Below are positions 13,286 through 22,971 of a DNA stretch of 30,199 bases, piece by piece. Each line of letters starts with the position of its first letter. The first letter of the stretch is position 1. The notes under the pieces are model-generated. The model was not told the origin of the DNA. It did not search any database and was given only the letters and a program-made list of their open reading frames with translations. The stretch is taken from IMG/VR virus record IMGVR_UViG_3300027859_000002, one strand, 5' to 3'. This DNA is from a virus. Both the position numbers and the translations under genes were made by a program.

Positions 13286-15068
13286 TCAACTCCAAGACTT
13301 GTTAGAAGGCTACGCTCGTCGTAGACAGTCAAACAGATTAGCAGGATTTGAACCTCTTATGACAGTTGGTTCTGCTGTAGCTTCTGAAGTTCCTGCCCTT
13401 GCAGTTGGTTTAGCTTCTCTCAACACAGTAGAAGACATGCAGAGACCGTTCAGCGAAGCAGTATCAGCCGCAGACGAAGTTAGAGATATGCTTACCTACA
13501 ATCAAAACTCAATGGAGGGTCAGGCAGGGATGCAATCCCTTATAAACTCTGTTAAGTATTTGATAGAAACAACTGGACTCGATAAAGCCTTTCAAGTCTT
13601 AAATGAGGAGATCATTCCTAGAGTACAAAGCACACTAGGCGAAGACGCTGCGAGAGAGCTTGGCTCAATGGCTATGATGATCCCGGCTGTTAAAAGAGTC
13701 ACAAAAGTAGTGCAACCAAGCGCAGACATAAAACAAGAAATAATTGACCCTGATAGAAATTTAATGTTTTTGCACAACACAACTCAGGAGGCGTTAGAAA
13801 GTTTTGACGAGATTGGTGGGCTTCCAATGCCGTCAATAGCAGTTACAAAAACAGAAATACCCTTTGAAGATTTTGGAGAAATAACTTTAGTTGGAAAACC
13901 TGAGAGCCTTGATCCTAGAGCTTCAAGAACTAACGAAATGTTCGCTGCTGACGCTTATACAGTGCGCGCGCCAAGATCAATGCAGTTAGCAAAGAAGAAC
14001 GCAGACGATATTTTTGAAGAGAAAATATCAAATATAAAAGAATACGTTACTCCAGATGGGATGTTTTATGACTTACAACAGCAATCACGTAAAGGCGAAG
14101 CAAATCCTTTTAGATTCAATGATATTTCTGAATATTTTCAAAGAGAAGACGGAAGAAAATTATTTGCTGTAGAAAAAGGTTATAAAAAAGAAGATTTACC
14201 GCCTAGTAGTGGCCCAGAAGTCAATAGCCCTGAAAACATTAAAAAAGGCAATAAATTAGCTGAATTTTTGAAAGGAGAAGAAACAGAGTTCGCAGAATGG
14301 CAAACTCAACAGCTAAACGATTTGTTAGAACCAGAAAAAGTTTTTGTTTCTAAACAAAGGTATGCGACAGATACAAAGCCTTACCGTCAAACAATATCAC
14401 CTTATACAGCTGAAGAAGTAACGAAAGTAATGCGGAGAAGTAGTGGGCCAAATCAAGAGGCAGGATTTGGTACACAATCAGGGATCGGAGCGCAAAGGGC
14501 TGCAACTGCTGAACGAATTAAATCGTTAAAACAAGCAAAAGAAAGAAAAGATCAATTACAAACAAAAGACGCGCTTGATAATTTAAAATCAACGCAGTTT
14601 GAAGCCTTTAATGCAATTACAGAAGATTTAAAAAAATATTATGAATTTGATGCAGATAGATTCGGATTTTTAGATGAGGTAGGAGACTTAATAAAAATAT
14701 CAGAGAGAAAAGGATTAGACGCTGCGTTTCGAGAAGTTGGGTTCAAAGATGTCCCAAACAGTTTAAAAGACGCAATCAACGAGTATAAAGATTCGTTACG
14801 CTCTGCGCCTACTCAGTATTTTGAATCAAAACCTAAACGAGTTGTTGACCTCTCAGAATTTGGAGGGGCAATTGTTCCCAAAGGATCTGAACCACAAATC
14901 AGAAAAATTTTAGAAAAGTACGGAATCACCAAAATAAAAACGTATAACAGAGATTTTGAAGGACGAGGGGCGGCACGAAAAGCGTTTCAAGAGTTAATGT
15001 TTTCTATTGGCCTACCAGCAACAGTCGCAGGGTCAATAATTTATGGGGAAGAAGATCAATCGGTCTAA
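13278..15068 (+). CDS. Large head-module protein of unknown function (596 aa), compositionally chimeric. Candidate packaged or ejected cargo protein.
   Basis: ORF track, with a GTG start overlapping the upstream stop region; the start is uncertain and the next ATG is at 13359. It lies between the portal and scaffold genes. Sampled 60-nt lines give about 47% GC before roughly 13,730 and about 27-32% after. Confidence 0.65.
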   Translation: MANQLQDLLEGYARRRQSNRLAGFEPLMTVGSAVASEVPALAVGLASLNTVEDMQRPFSEAVSAADEVRDMLTYNQNSMEGQAGMQSLINSVKYLIETTGLDKAFQVLNEEIIPRVQSTLGEDAARELGSMAMMIPAVKRVTKVVQPSADIKQEIIDPDRNLMFLHNTTQEALESFDEIGGLPMPSIAVTKTEIPFEDFGEITLVGKPESLDPRASRTNEMFAADAYTVRAPRSMQLAKKNADDIFEEKISNIKEYVTPDGMFYDLQQQSRKGEANPFRFNDISEYFQREDGRKLFAVEKGYKKEDLPPSSGPEVNSPENIKKGNKLAEFLKGEETEFAEWQTQQLNDLLEPEKVFVSKQRYATDTKPYRQTISPYTAEEVTKVMRRSSGPNQEAGFGTQSGIGAQRAATAERIKSLKQAKERKDQLQTKDALDNLKSTQFEAFNAITEDLKKYYEFDADRFGFLDEVGDLIKISERKGLDAAFREVGFKDVPNSLKDAINEYKDSLRSAPTQYFESKPKRVVDLSEFGGAIVPKGSEPQIRKILEKYGITKIKTYNRDFEGRGAARKAFQELMFSIGLPATVAGSIIYGEEDQSV

Positions 15069-15137
15069 CGCACCGCAAAAGCGTGGGCTTACTTGCTGCC
15101 CTCTTAGCAAGGTAAACATTCGTGGAGACGTACTCAT

Positions 15138-16007
15138 ATGGAAACTGATGCAGCAATAGCTGAGGCTGAAATATTGCCAACGGAAATAGAGCAAGCCGGA
15201 CAAGATGCTCAAGAGCCTGAACAGGGCGAAACCTCTGAAGCAGTAGAAACTCCAGAAACCGAGGAGAAAGCCGCAGAAGAGTCATCCGGGGAAGAGACAC
15301 CCGAACAAGCAGCAGAGGAAAAGCAGAAAAAGCGCAACTCTGTTCAAGAAAGAATCTCACAACTGGCACGACAAAAAAACGATGCGAACACTCGTGTACA
15401 AGAACTAGAACAGCAAGTTGCTTACTTACAGGCTCAGAGTCAGCCTCAAGCTCAGGATGCGCCACAAGCCTATCCAAGACTTGAAGACTACGACTACGAC
15501 GAAGCAAGACATCAACAAGCAGTTCTACAGTACACCTCAAGCTTAAATGCTCAGAACGTCCAGCAGGTCATGCAGCAACAACAGCAAGCCCAGATTGCTC
15601 AATTACAAGCTCAAAAGGCACAAATTGCGTCTCAAGAGTTTGTGGAGAAATCTAACGCCTTTGCTTTGGACTACAAGGATTTTAACGCAACTGTTACTAA
15701 TCCTAATTTCCATCAGTCGGATCAAGTAGCAAGGACAATTGTTGAATTGCCGAATGGCCCTGATGTTGCTTACTACCTTGGCAAGAACTTAAAGATTGCC
15801 AACGCTCTGAACAATAAAAGCGAGAGGGACGCCAGAGATGATTTGATAAGAATCTCAACAGCGTTACAAGTGAACTCTCGGAAACGTCGTGCTAACACTA
15901 CTAACGCTCCTACGCCTGGAAAGACGGTGACGCCTAAAGGAAAAGTCTCTAAGGACTTGGACAAAATGTCGCCTGAGGAATATCGAAAGGCAAGGGGCTA
16001 TACTTAA
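15138..16007 (+). CDS. Scaffolding protein.
   Basis: It lies immediately upstream of the coat gene. It has an acidic N-terminus, long Gln/Ala-rich coiled-coil segments (QQQQQAQIAQLQAQKAQIA) and a basic C-terminus. GGAGA lies upstream of the ATG. Confidence 0.75.
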   Translation: METDAAIAEAEILPTEIEQAGQDAQEPEQGETSEAVETPETEEKAAEESSGEETPEQAAEEKQKKRNSVQERISQLARQKNDANTRVQELEQQVAYLQAQSQPQAQDAPQAYPRLEDYDYDEARHQQAVLQYTSSLNAQNVQQVMQQQQQAQIAQLQAQKAQIASQEFVEKSNAFALDYKDFNATVTNPNFHQSDQVARTIVELPNGPDVAYYLGKNLKIANALNNKSERDARDDLIRISTALQVNSRKRRANTTNAPTPGKTVTPKGKVSKDLDKMSPEEYRKARGYT

Positions 16008-16019
16008 AGGTAAATTAAC

Positions 16020-17207
16020 ATGGCTAATTCATTGCTCACACCGAGCATAATCACGAAAGAAGCCCTTGCTATACTTCATCAGAAGCTTAATTTCATAGGT
16101 ACGATTAACAGGCAGTATGATGACCAGTATGCTCAAAGTGGGGCTAAAATTGGATCGGACTTAAAAATCCGACTTCCTAACGAGTTTACTGTTAGAACTG
16201 GCGCAACTCTCTCGTCTCAAGACGTAACAGAGCAAAGCGTAACTCTTTCAGTTGGGACTCAAAAAGGTGTGGACTTTACGTTCTCATCGCAAGAGTTGTC
16301 TTTGACGATTGATGAGTTCAAAGCACGATACATTGAGCCAGCAATGGCGGTATTGGCTGCGAACATTGAAAGCGATGCTTTCTCGATGTCCAAGGACGTA
16401 AGTAATTTCGTAAATGGAGTAGGCTCTGCAAACTCCTTTGCCAACATAACCAAAGCACAAAAGGAACTGACCCTTGGCCTAGCTCCTTACGGTGATCGAG
16501 TGTACATGCACGATCCTCAAAGTGTTGTGGATATGCTTGCAGATACGAAAGGACTCTTTCAAGACTCCGGACAGATCGCCAAGCAGTACAAAGAAGGTAT
16601 GCTAGGACGGATTAGTGGATTTGATCACTACGAAAATACTTTGGTCCCCTCACATACCACTGGAACGGCTGCGGCCTCAACAGGGTATCTTGTGAACGGA
16701 GCCTCTCAAACAGGTGCATCTTTGACCGTTGACGGAGGAACCACGACCTTTCTAGTTGGGGACATAATAACCATTGCAGGAGTCAACAGGGTTCATCCTG
16801 AAACTAAAGCAGATACCGGAGTTCTTCAGAACTTTGTCGTGACTGCAAACTCAGGTAGCTCTGCGACAAGTCTATCCATATCACCTTCCATCGTAGCGTC
16901 AGGCGGTAATCAAAATGTTAGCGGTAGCCCTGCTGACAACGCTGCTGTCAGTAAGTTAGGCGGTGGCAATGGAGCCGATTGGACTGATACTTTGGCTTAT
17001 CACAAGGACGCCTTCTGTTTTGCTACAGCTGACCTTGTTATGCCGGAGGGAGTTGACTTCAGTGCGAGAGAAGTTATGGACGGTATCTCTATGAGAATCG
17101 TGCGAGACTACTCAATCAGTGCTGATACCTTCCCTTGTAGAATTGATATTTTGTACGGATATAAAACTATTCGTCCTGAGATCGCTACGAGAGTGGGCAT
17201 TAACTAA
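16020..17207 (+). CDS. Major capsid protein (P22 coat protein family).
   Basis: The N-terminus is MANSLLTPSIITKEALAILHQKLNF. The C-terminus, HKDAFCFATADLVMP...GISMRIVRDYSISADTFPCRIDILYGYKTIRPE, parallels the P22 gp5 C-terminus (...RIVSQP...LCRIALWYGVNATRPE). Confidence 0.85.
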   Translation: MANSLLTPSIITKEALAILHQKLNFIGTINRQYDDQYAQSGAKIGSDLKIRLPNEFTVRTGATLSSQDVTEQSVTLSVGTQKGVDFTFSSQELSLTIDEFKARYIEPAMAVLAANIESDAFSMSKDVSNFVNGVGSANSFANITKAQKELTLGLAPYGDRVYMHDPQSVVDMLADTKGLFQDSGQIAKQYKEGMLGRISGFDHYENTLVPSHTTGTAAASTGYLVNGASQTGASLTVDGGTTTFLVGDIITIAGVNRVHPETKADTGVLQNFVVTANSGSSATSLSISPSIVASGGNQNVSGSPADNAAVSKLGGGNGADWTDTLAYHKDAFCFATADLVMPEGVDFSAREVMDGISMRIVRDYSISADTFPCRIDILYGYKTIRPEIATRVGIN

Positions 17208-17217
17208 ACCCCCTATT

Positions 17218-17249
17218 AGCCGGGGCGTAAAAACCCCGGCTTACTTTTT
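17218..17249 (+). terminator. Rho-independent terminator or attenuator after the coat gene.
   Basis: A perfect 8-bp stem, AGCCGGGG (17218-17225) with CCCCGGCT (17234-17241), encloses an 8-nt loop and is followed by tacTTTTT. Confidence 0.8.
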
Positions 17250-17258
17250 AGGTGAGAT

Positions 17259-17663
17259 ATGGCAACAAGTCAGGAAATCATTGATCGAGCAACGAGTCTT
17301 TTGCGTGTCCGTACATCAGGCGTTACGTTCTCAACTGATGACGCAAACAAAAACGCAGATGTATTTATTGCGTTTAAGAATATGCTGAATGAGTTTGGTG
17401 AAGACGGTCTAGTAAACATTCCTGAGCCTTCTAGTTTGACGGCTACGCTAGACATCCCGGCAGGATCAGTTCGAGGACTTGCTTACAACCTAGCGGTAGA
17501 AGTAGCAGCAGAGTTTGGTCTTGACCCGACTCCAATAGTCTTTGAGATAGCAAAAGAGACAAAAGATCGTCTTGAAAGTGAAATTACTTTAGACATGTCA
17601 ATCGATGCCAGTGATCTTAGATGGTCGCATGGTAAATATGAGATAGATAGCGATAGCCTATGA
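17259..17663 (+). CDS. Head-to-tail adaptor, P22 gp4-like.
   Basis: QEIIDRATSLLRV...DANKNADVFIAFKNMLNEFGEDG...VRGLAYNLAVEVAAEFGL parallels P22 gp4 GDLVRAALRKLGV...MQDAVDDLEAMMAEWYQDG...SAVFHNLACRIAPDYAL. The position after the coat gene also fits. Confidence 0.6.
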   Translation: MATSQEIIDRATSLLRVRTSGVTFSTDDANKNADVFIAFKNMLNEFGEDGLVNIPEPSSLTATLDIPAGSVRGLAYNLAVEVAAEFGLDPTPIVFEIAKETKDRLESEITLDMSIDASDLRWSHGKYEIDSDSL

Positions 17664-19084
17664 GAGCTTCAGTACCTTTAGAGTCTAGCTATCAAAGCAC
17701 ACGACTAGACGCAAACAGACAGCAAACCTTAAATCTGTTTCCTCACACGCTAAGAGGATATAGGCAGTTTCCCGGCCATGTTACCTTTGCATCGTTTCAG
17801 GCTACAGGAGAGTCTCTTACAGACGCGAACGCAAGTGCCATAACAGACAGTGCAGGAGATGCGGTTCTAGTCTCAGTGACGCCAGGAGGCGCAGACAGAG
17901 GACTTATTGCAAACGGCCCAAATGGACTTTTGTATCAGGTTACAGGCTCGTCTCTGTACAGTATAGACTCAAGTGGTGCAGCAACGTTTAGAGGCGAGGT
18001 GGCAAATGATCCTCAGCCTGTAGTGATGGCAACGGACGCAAACCAGTTGATTATTTGCACTGGTGGCACTCCTTCCGCGCTTGTCTATACTGTTTCGGGT
18101 GGATTACAAACTATATCGGACTCTGACTTGCTTACGACTAGCAGCGTGGCCTTTTTGGATTCAAGGTTTATCTATCAACAACCAGACGGCTTTTTTGTTG
18201 TCTCAGCGTTGAACGATGGCACAAGCATTGAATCCCTTGACTTTGCACAAGCTGAGGCTTTACCAGATGACTTGCTAAGAGTTTTCTCTCAAGACCAATA
18301 CCTATACCTATTCGGAGAAACAACGACTGAGATATGGTTTACGAGTGGTACAGGTAGACCGCCTCTTTCAAGACAAGCAGTCTTGCAGCAGGGCATTTGC
18401 GGAACTTACGCAGTTGGTTCAATAGACGGAATAATTTATTTCATAGACGCAAACAGAAGACCGGGAATGATTCAGGGCGAATCGTTTCAGCCTTTGTTTG
18501 TTCCTGCAATCGGAGAACAGTGGGCAGGGTTTGGAGCAAGCGACTTCGAAACAGCAAGGGTAGCAACTTACTCCTTGCACCAAGAAAACTTTGTAGACTT
18601 TATATTCTCAGATCAAGGTCAAATCTGGACGTATCATGTAACGTCTAAGACTTGGTTTGAAAAAGACTTTATGACCACTTCAATAGTTCACGATTACGAT
18701 TTAGTCCTTGCCGCACATTCGGCAAACAAAAAGATTTACAAACTAGACTTTGCAAATTTCCAGCAGGACGGTGCAGACATGACAAGGCGTAAAGACTTGC
18801 CTTTGATTAGCTCTGAAGTGTTAGACGTTGGAGGCGCAGAGATGGTTATTGATAAAGTAAAATTACACGTTGATACGTCTGCAAGTTCTTCAGTAGCTTT
18901 AAAAGTATCAAAAGATTTAAACAGTTTCTCAACAATCAACACAATAGACGTTGACGGAAATAAAACCCTTGATGTGAAATCTATCGGCAAATCAAGAGAG
19001 ATTATTGTCCGAGTAGAAACTAGCTCTAATACAAAAGTCGATATCTTGGACGCAGCAATTGATGCGCAAGTATTAAGAGGATGA
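17660..19084 (+). CDS. Tail hub or DNA-stabilisation protein, P22 gp10-like.
   Basis: It is 474 aa (P22 gp10 is about 472 aa). LYLFGETTTEIWFTSG...QQGICGTYAVGSIDGIIYFI parallels gp10 FIVCFGSSTIEYFSLTG...QKGIAGTYCKTPFADSYAFI. It has an ATGA overlap with the gp4-like gene. Confidence 0.6.
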   Translation: MRASVPLESSYQSTRLDANRQQTLNLFPHTLRGYRQFPGHVTFASFQATGESLTDANASAITDSAGDAVLVSVTPGGADRGLIANGPNGLLYQVTGSSLYSIDSSGAATFRGEVANDPQPVVMATDANQLIICTGGTPSALVYTVSGGLQTISDSDLLTTSSVAFLDSRFIYQQPDGFFVVSALNDGTSIESLDFAQAEALPDDLLRVFSQDQYLYLFGETTTEIWFTSGTGRPPLSRQAVLQQGICGTYAVGSIDGIIYFIDANRRPGMIQGESFQPLFVPAIGEQWAGFGASDFETARVATYSLHQENFVDFIFSDQGQIWTYHVTSKTWFEKDFMTTSIVHDYDLVLAAHSANKKIYKLDFANFQQDGADMTRRKDLPLISSEVLDVGGAEMVIDKVKLHVDTSASSSVALKVSKDLNSFSTINTIDVDGNKTLDVKSIGKSREIIVRVETSSNTKVDILDAAIDAQVLRG

Positions 19085-19085
19085 C

Positions 19086-20912
19086 ATGGGACAACTAACA
19101 CAAACGACTACCCAGCTTCAAACGATCTTAGATGATGCAGACGCGAGTAATGCCGGTAACACTTCGATTTCAGACGCGAGTGATACAACTGCAACCAGTT
19201 TAAAAAAATCAGGATTTTATTCTCTACAAGCTTCTAGCTCTAACGCACCGAGTACAGACAGATCGGCTCTCTTGACTGCTGTAAGAAATACAGGTGCAAC
19301 GGGTGAGATCAGATACGGCCAGATAGTTTGGACTGAATCTAACGGACTATGGTGGAACCGAGACGATGGCGGTAGCTTAGGGACTTGGTACGAAGCAGTC
19401 GGAACAGCAGCAACCCAAACACTTACAAACAAGACTCTTACAAGCGCGGTACTGACTACACCTCAGATTAATGACAGTAGTGCAGACCACCAGTATATCT
19501 TTGCAGCAGCCAACTTAGCAGCAGATCGGACTGTATCTTTACCCTTGCTGACAGATAACGACACTTTTGTTTTTCTAGCACACACACAAACACTGACGAA
19601 CAAAACCCTCACTTCTCCAGTCATTACAGGCGGCTCAATTAATAACACGCCTATCGGAGCAAGCACCGCCTCGACAGTCGTAGCGACTCAAGTAAATATA
19701 GAGGGTCAAGGTGATCTTAGATTACAAGATAGCGCAGGATCAGAATATGTAGCTTTACAAGCTCCTGCTACATTAAGCGGATCGTACACTCTTACCCTAC
19801 CAGGAGACGATGGAACTGCTAATCAAGTTCTGCAAACAGACGGATCAGGTGTTACGTCGTGGACAAATATTAGCTCGGCAGGAATTGCAGACGGAAGCAT
19901 AACTACCGCAAAACTAGCAGATGATGCCGTGACTCAGGCAAAGGTCGCAGACGATGCCATAGGCGCAGATCAACTTGCAGCTAGTAGTGTAGTAACTGCC
20001 TCAGTGGTAGACGATGCAATTACCTCGGCAAAGTTGGCTCATGCTTTAGATGTCGTAACCTCCCTTGGAATAGGAGGAGGATCAACTAACGGAGTCTCAA
20101 TCACGCAAGGCGCAATCTCTATAAAGAACGGAGGGGCGCAAAGCTACATTGATCTATATTGTGAATCAGGGAATGCCCACTACGCAAGGCTCTTAGCCCC
20201 TGCACACTCTGCGTTCTCAGGTAACATTACTCTCACCCTCCCGGCTGCAACAGATACGTTAGTTGGAAAGGCAACGACTGACACCCTTACGAACAAGACG
20301 CTTACCTCGCCTAAAATTAATGAAGATGTAGCAGTCACCTCAACCGCAACAGAAATAAATATTCTTGATGGCGTAACGTCCACCACCGCAGAACTTAATA
20401 TCTTAGATGGCGTTACAAGCACCACAGCAGAAATAAATATCTTGGACGGTGTGACGGCTACCACAGCAGAGATCAACTATCTTGATGTAACAACACTTGG
20501 CACATCAGAAGCTAATAAAGCCGTAACTTCAGATGCCAATGGCGTCACAAAGTTTGATAATGCAATTACAGAAGAATCTACAGTTATAACATCAGCCGCA
20601 ACAGCAGCTTTGAATGTAAGAGATGGAAGTGTTTTTACGCTTACAATCGCACACGACATAAGCACTTTCAACTGGTCTAATCATGCAACGTCAGGGTATT
20701 CCTCCTCTTTTATTATGAAAGTTACTCAAGATGGAACAGGAGGTAGAACTATTGCATGGCCTGACGGCACTAATAGCGTCACAGTGCGATGGGCCGGAAA
20801 TACAGCCCCCACTTTATCTACAGGTGCAGGAGATATTGATGTATTTGCTTTCTTTACTGTAGATGGGGGAGCTAATTATTATGGCTTTACGGCTGGACAG
20901 GATATGTTATGA
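19086..20912 (+). CDS. Tail fibre protein, repeat-rich.
   Basis: It has three copies of T(Q/D)TLTNKTLTS(P/A), several I/VTxAKxADDA repeats and four tandem (T)TAE(I/L)NxLDGVT(S/A) units. These are all motifs typical of phage fibres. Confidence 0.75.
   Translation: MGQLTQTTTQLQTILDDADASNAGNTSISDASDTTATSLKKSGFYSLQASSSNAPSTDRSALLTAVRNTGATGEIRYGQIVWTESNGLWWNRDDGGSLGTWYEAVGTAATQTLTNKTLTSAVLTTPQINDSSADHQYIFAAANLAADRTVSLPLLTDNDTFVFLAHTQTLTNKTLTSPVITGGSINNTPIGASTASTVVATQVNIEGQGDLRLQDSAGSEYVALQAPATLSGSYTLTLPGDDGTANQVLQTDGSGVTSWTNISSAGIADGSITTAKLADDAVTQAKVADDAIGADQLAASSVVTASVVDDAITSAKLAHALDVVTSLGIGGGSTNGVSITQGAISIKNGGAQSYIDLYCESGNAHYARLLAPAHSAFSGNITLTLPAATDTLVGKATTDTLTNKTLTSPKINEDVAVTSTATEINILDGVTSTTAELNILDGVTSTTAEINILDGVTATTAEINYLDVTTLGTSEANKAVTSDANGVTKFDNAITEESTVITSAATAALNVRDGSVFTLTIAHDISTFNWSNHATSGYSSSFIMKVTQDGTGGRTIAWPDGTNSVTVRWAGNTAPTLSTGAGDIDVFAFFTVDGGANYYGFTAGQDML
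20343..20498 (+). repeat. Four tandem 39-nt (13-aa) in-frame repeats within the tail fibre gene.
   Basis: The units are 20343-20381, 20382-20420, 20421-20459 and 20460-20498. They encode TATEINILDGVTS, TTAELNILDGVTS, TTAEINILDGVTA and TTAEINYLDVTTL. The differences between units are mostly at wobble positions. Confidence 0.85.
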
Positions 20913-22966
20913 GTTTTATAGCTAGAAAAATTATCTCTGCATCTGGAGGCGTTCAAGAAGAAACAGATGATGACTTCAATTTAGTCACACAGTTATATCA
21001 GTTTGACGGCACAAACGGAGCGCAGAACAATACGTTCTTAGATTCGTCTAGCAATTCTTTTAGTGTTACGCGATCAGGAAGTGCAACGCAAGGAACTTTT
21101 AGTCCTTTTAGTTCAGAAGAAGGTAAGTGGTCAGTAGAGTTTCCAGTCGGTGTTGCATCAAACAAATTAGAGTGCGCTTCTTCTGCTGATTTTGCTTTTG
21201 GAACAGGTGCTTTCACGGTAGAAGGGTGGGCTTTTGTTACAGCAGACACTTACGACTACAGCAGATTGTTTGCTATTGGGCCATACTATAACAATGCTAA
21301 TAGTGTGGGAATTACTATAAACCACACTGATAATAGTGATAAAACCTCTTTTTATGCTTACAACGCAGTAAACGGTGCAATCTGCCTTTCTACAAGTGCC
21401 ACTCCAAGAAATGAATGGTTTCACTGGGCTGTTACAAGAGATAGTACAGGCGATTTTAGGCTATTTACAAATGGAAACTTAGACTCAACAAATACGTCTT
21501 ACAGAAGTGTTGATATAAGCCCCGGAGGTAATCAACCTTTTGTTATTGGGTCAACAACCGATAGGGCTGTTTCAGAACCCTATGAAGGGTTTATGTCAAA
21601 CGTGAGAGTAGTAAAAGGAACAGCTTTATATACCTCTAGCTTTACAGTGCCTACTGAACCCTTAACTGCTGTAACAAATACCGTATTGCTTACTTCTTGC
21701 AGTAATAGGTTCAGAGACAAAAGTACATCTGCACATACTATAACCACTGGAAATCTCCCAAGAATACAACCCTTCTCACCTTTTGCGCCTAGTGCAGCTT
21801 ATGATCCAGCAGTGAATGGAGGATCAGGGTATTTTAGTGCCACAGCGGATTACGCATCTATTGCGGCAAGTAGTGATTTTGATGTTTTGAGTAATGGTAC
21901 ATTTACCATAGATTTTTGGTTCTATAGAACTGATGCGCTTGGGCTTTATGCGGATTACGTTGGAATATTCAATGGTGTAAGTTCTGGTGTTTTATTGTAT
22001 CAATATAGCACAGGCTTTCATGTTTATATTAATGGTTCTACAGTTTTCAATGTTACTCATCCTGCTTTAAATCAATGGGTTCATGTAGCATTAACAAGGG
22101 ATGGAACGACACTAAGGCTTGCTTTAAATGGAGTTCTTCAAGCAAGCTCAACTTCTAGTCTAGGAACGTCTAACTACCCTTTGAATATTGCAGGAGATAG
22201 TACAGGAAGAGCAGGACTCCAAGGATATATATCAGATGTGCGAGTGGTAAAAGGAACAAGAGTATACGCTTCTAATTTTACTCCTCCCACTGCACCCTCT
22301 ACAGCTATAACTAACACCGAAGCACTTTTAAGTTTTACCAATGCCGCTATGTTTGATCAGACAGGCAAGAGTAATATAGAAACTGTAGGAAATGCACAGT
22401 GCAATACCTCTATAAAGAAATTTGGAAGTGCAAGCGCAAAATTTGATGAATCAGGTGATTATCTAATTGTACGCAATGCTCCTCTTTTAGGCGGTGGTGA
22501 TTTTACTATAGAAGGATTTGTGTATTTTAACTCATCTCCTACAGATGGTCAGGGGTTGTTTGTTTATGATAGCCAATCATTAGGAAATAGGGCTGGATAT
22601 GGGCCAGCATTAGGGACTTACGCACACGCTCCGTATGCTGGAAAGTGGCACTCTTACTATGGAACTCAGGCAAGTGCTGGAACTGGCACTCAAGGGAACT
22701 CTGAAGCCACCCCTAGCGGTACAACGTGGATTCATTTTGCTTATGTACGAACATCGGGGGTTATTAAAATTTTTATTGATGGTAGCCAAATAGGAAGTGA
22801 TATTGCTTTTACTGGTAATTACAAGGCAAATGATGTTCTTACATTAGGAGGCTACTACTCAACTAGTTATTTATTAAACGGCTACTTAGATTCTTGGCGT
22901 GTGACTCTTAAAGCTCGATACACATCTAATTTTACCGCACCAACTGAAGCATTCCTAAATAGGTAG
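20909..22966 (+). CDS. Tail fibre or receptor-binding protein with three concanavalin-A/LamG-like modules.
   Basis: There are three modules, each with G(A/T/D)FT(V/I)(E/D)(G/F)W.. (GAFTVEGWAF, GTFTIDFWFY, GDFTIEGFVY). Each closes with (V/I)R/(W)RV(V/T)(K/L)(G/K)..YTS.FT.PT..., which are hallmarks of the Laminin_G_3-type fold. Confidence 0.7.
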   Translation: MSFIARKIISASGGVQEETDDDFNLVTQLYQFDGTNGAQNNTFLDSSSNSFSVTRSGSATQGTFSPFSSEEGKWSVEFPVGVASNKLECASSADFAFGTGAFTVEGWAFVTADTYDYSRLFAIGPYYNNANSVGITINHTDNSDKTSFYAYNAVNGAICLSTSATPRNEWFHWAVTRDSTGDFRLFTNGNLDSTNTSYRSVDISPGGNQPFVIGSTTDRAVSEPYEGFMSNVRVVKGTALYTSSFTVPTEPLTAVTNTVLLTSCSNRFRDKSTSAHTITTGNLPRIQPFSPFAPSAAYDPAVNGGSGYFSATADYASIAASSDFDVLSNGTFTIDFWFYRTDALGLYADYVGIFNGVSSGVLLYQYSTGFHVYINGSTVFNVTHPALNQWVHVALTRDGTTLRLALNGVLQASSTSSLGTSNYPLNIAGDSTGRAGLQGYISDVRVVKGTRVYASNFTPPTAPSTAITNTEALLSFTNAAMFDQTGKSNIETVGNAQCNTSIKKFGSASAKFDESGDYLIVRNAPLLGGGDFTIEGFVYFNSSPTDGQGLFVYDSQSLGNRAGYGPALGTYAHAPYAGKWHSYYGTQASAGTGTQGNSEATPSGTTWIHFAYVRTSGVIKIFIDGSQIGSDIAFTGNYKANDVLTLGGYYSTSYLLNGYLDSWRVTLKARYTSNFTAPTEAFLNR

Positions 22967-22971
22967 ATAAT

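Noticed and set aside
15092-15111. A hairpin, CTTGCT-N8-AGCAAG, between the 596-aa gene and the scaffold gene, considered as a terminator.
   Set aside because: The stem is only 6 bp and no T-run follows. At most it is an RNA processing or stability element, and support is not strong enough to call it.
15004-15540. A 178-aa minus-strand ORF antisense to the scaffold gene.
   Set aside because: Its product is Leu/Arg-rich low complexity, which mirrors the Gln/Glu/Ala-rich repeats of the scaffold on the other strand. It has no RBS or context, and the plus-strand gene has clear positional and compositional support.
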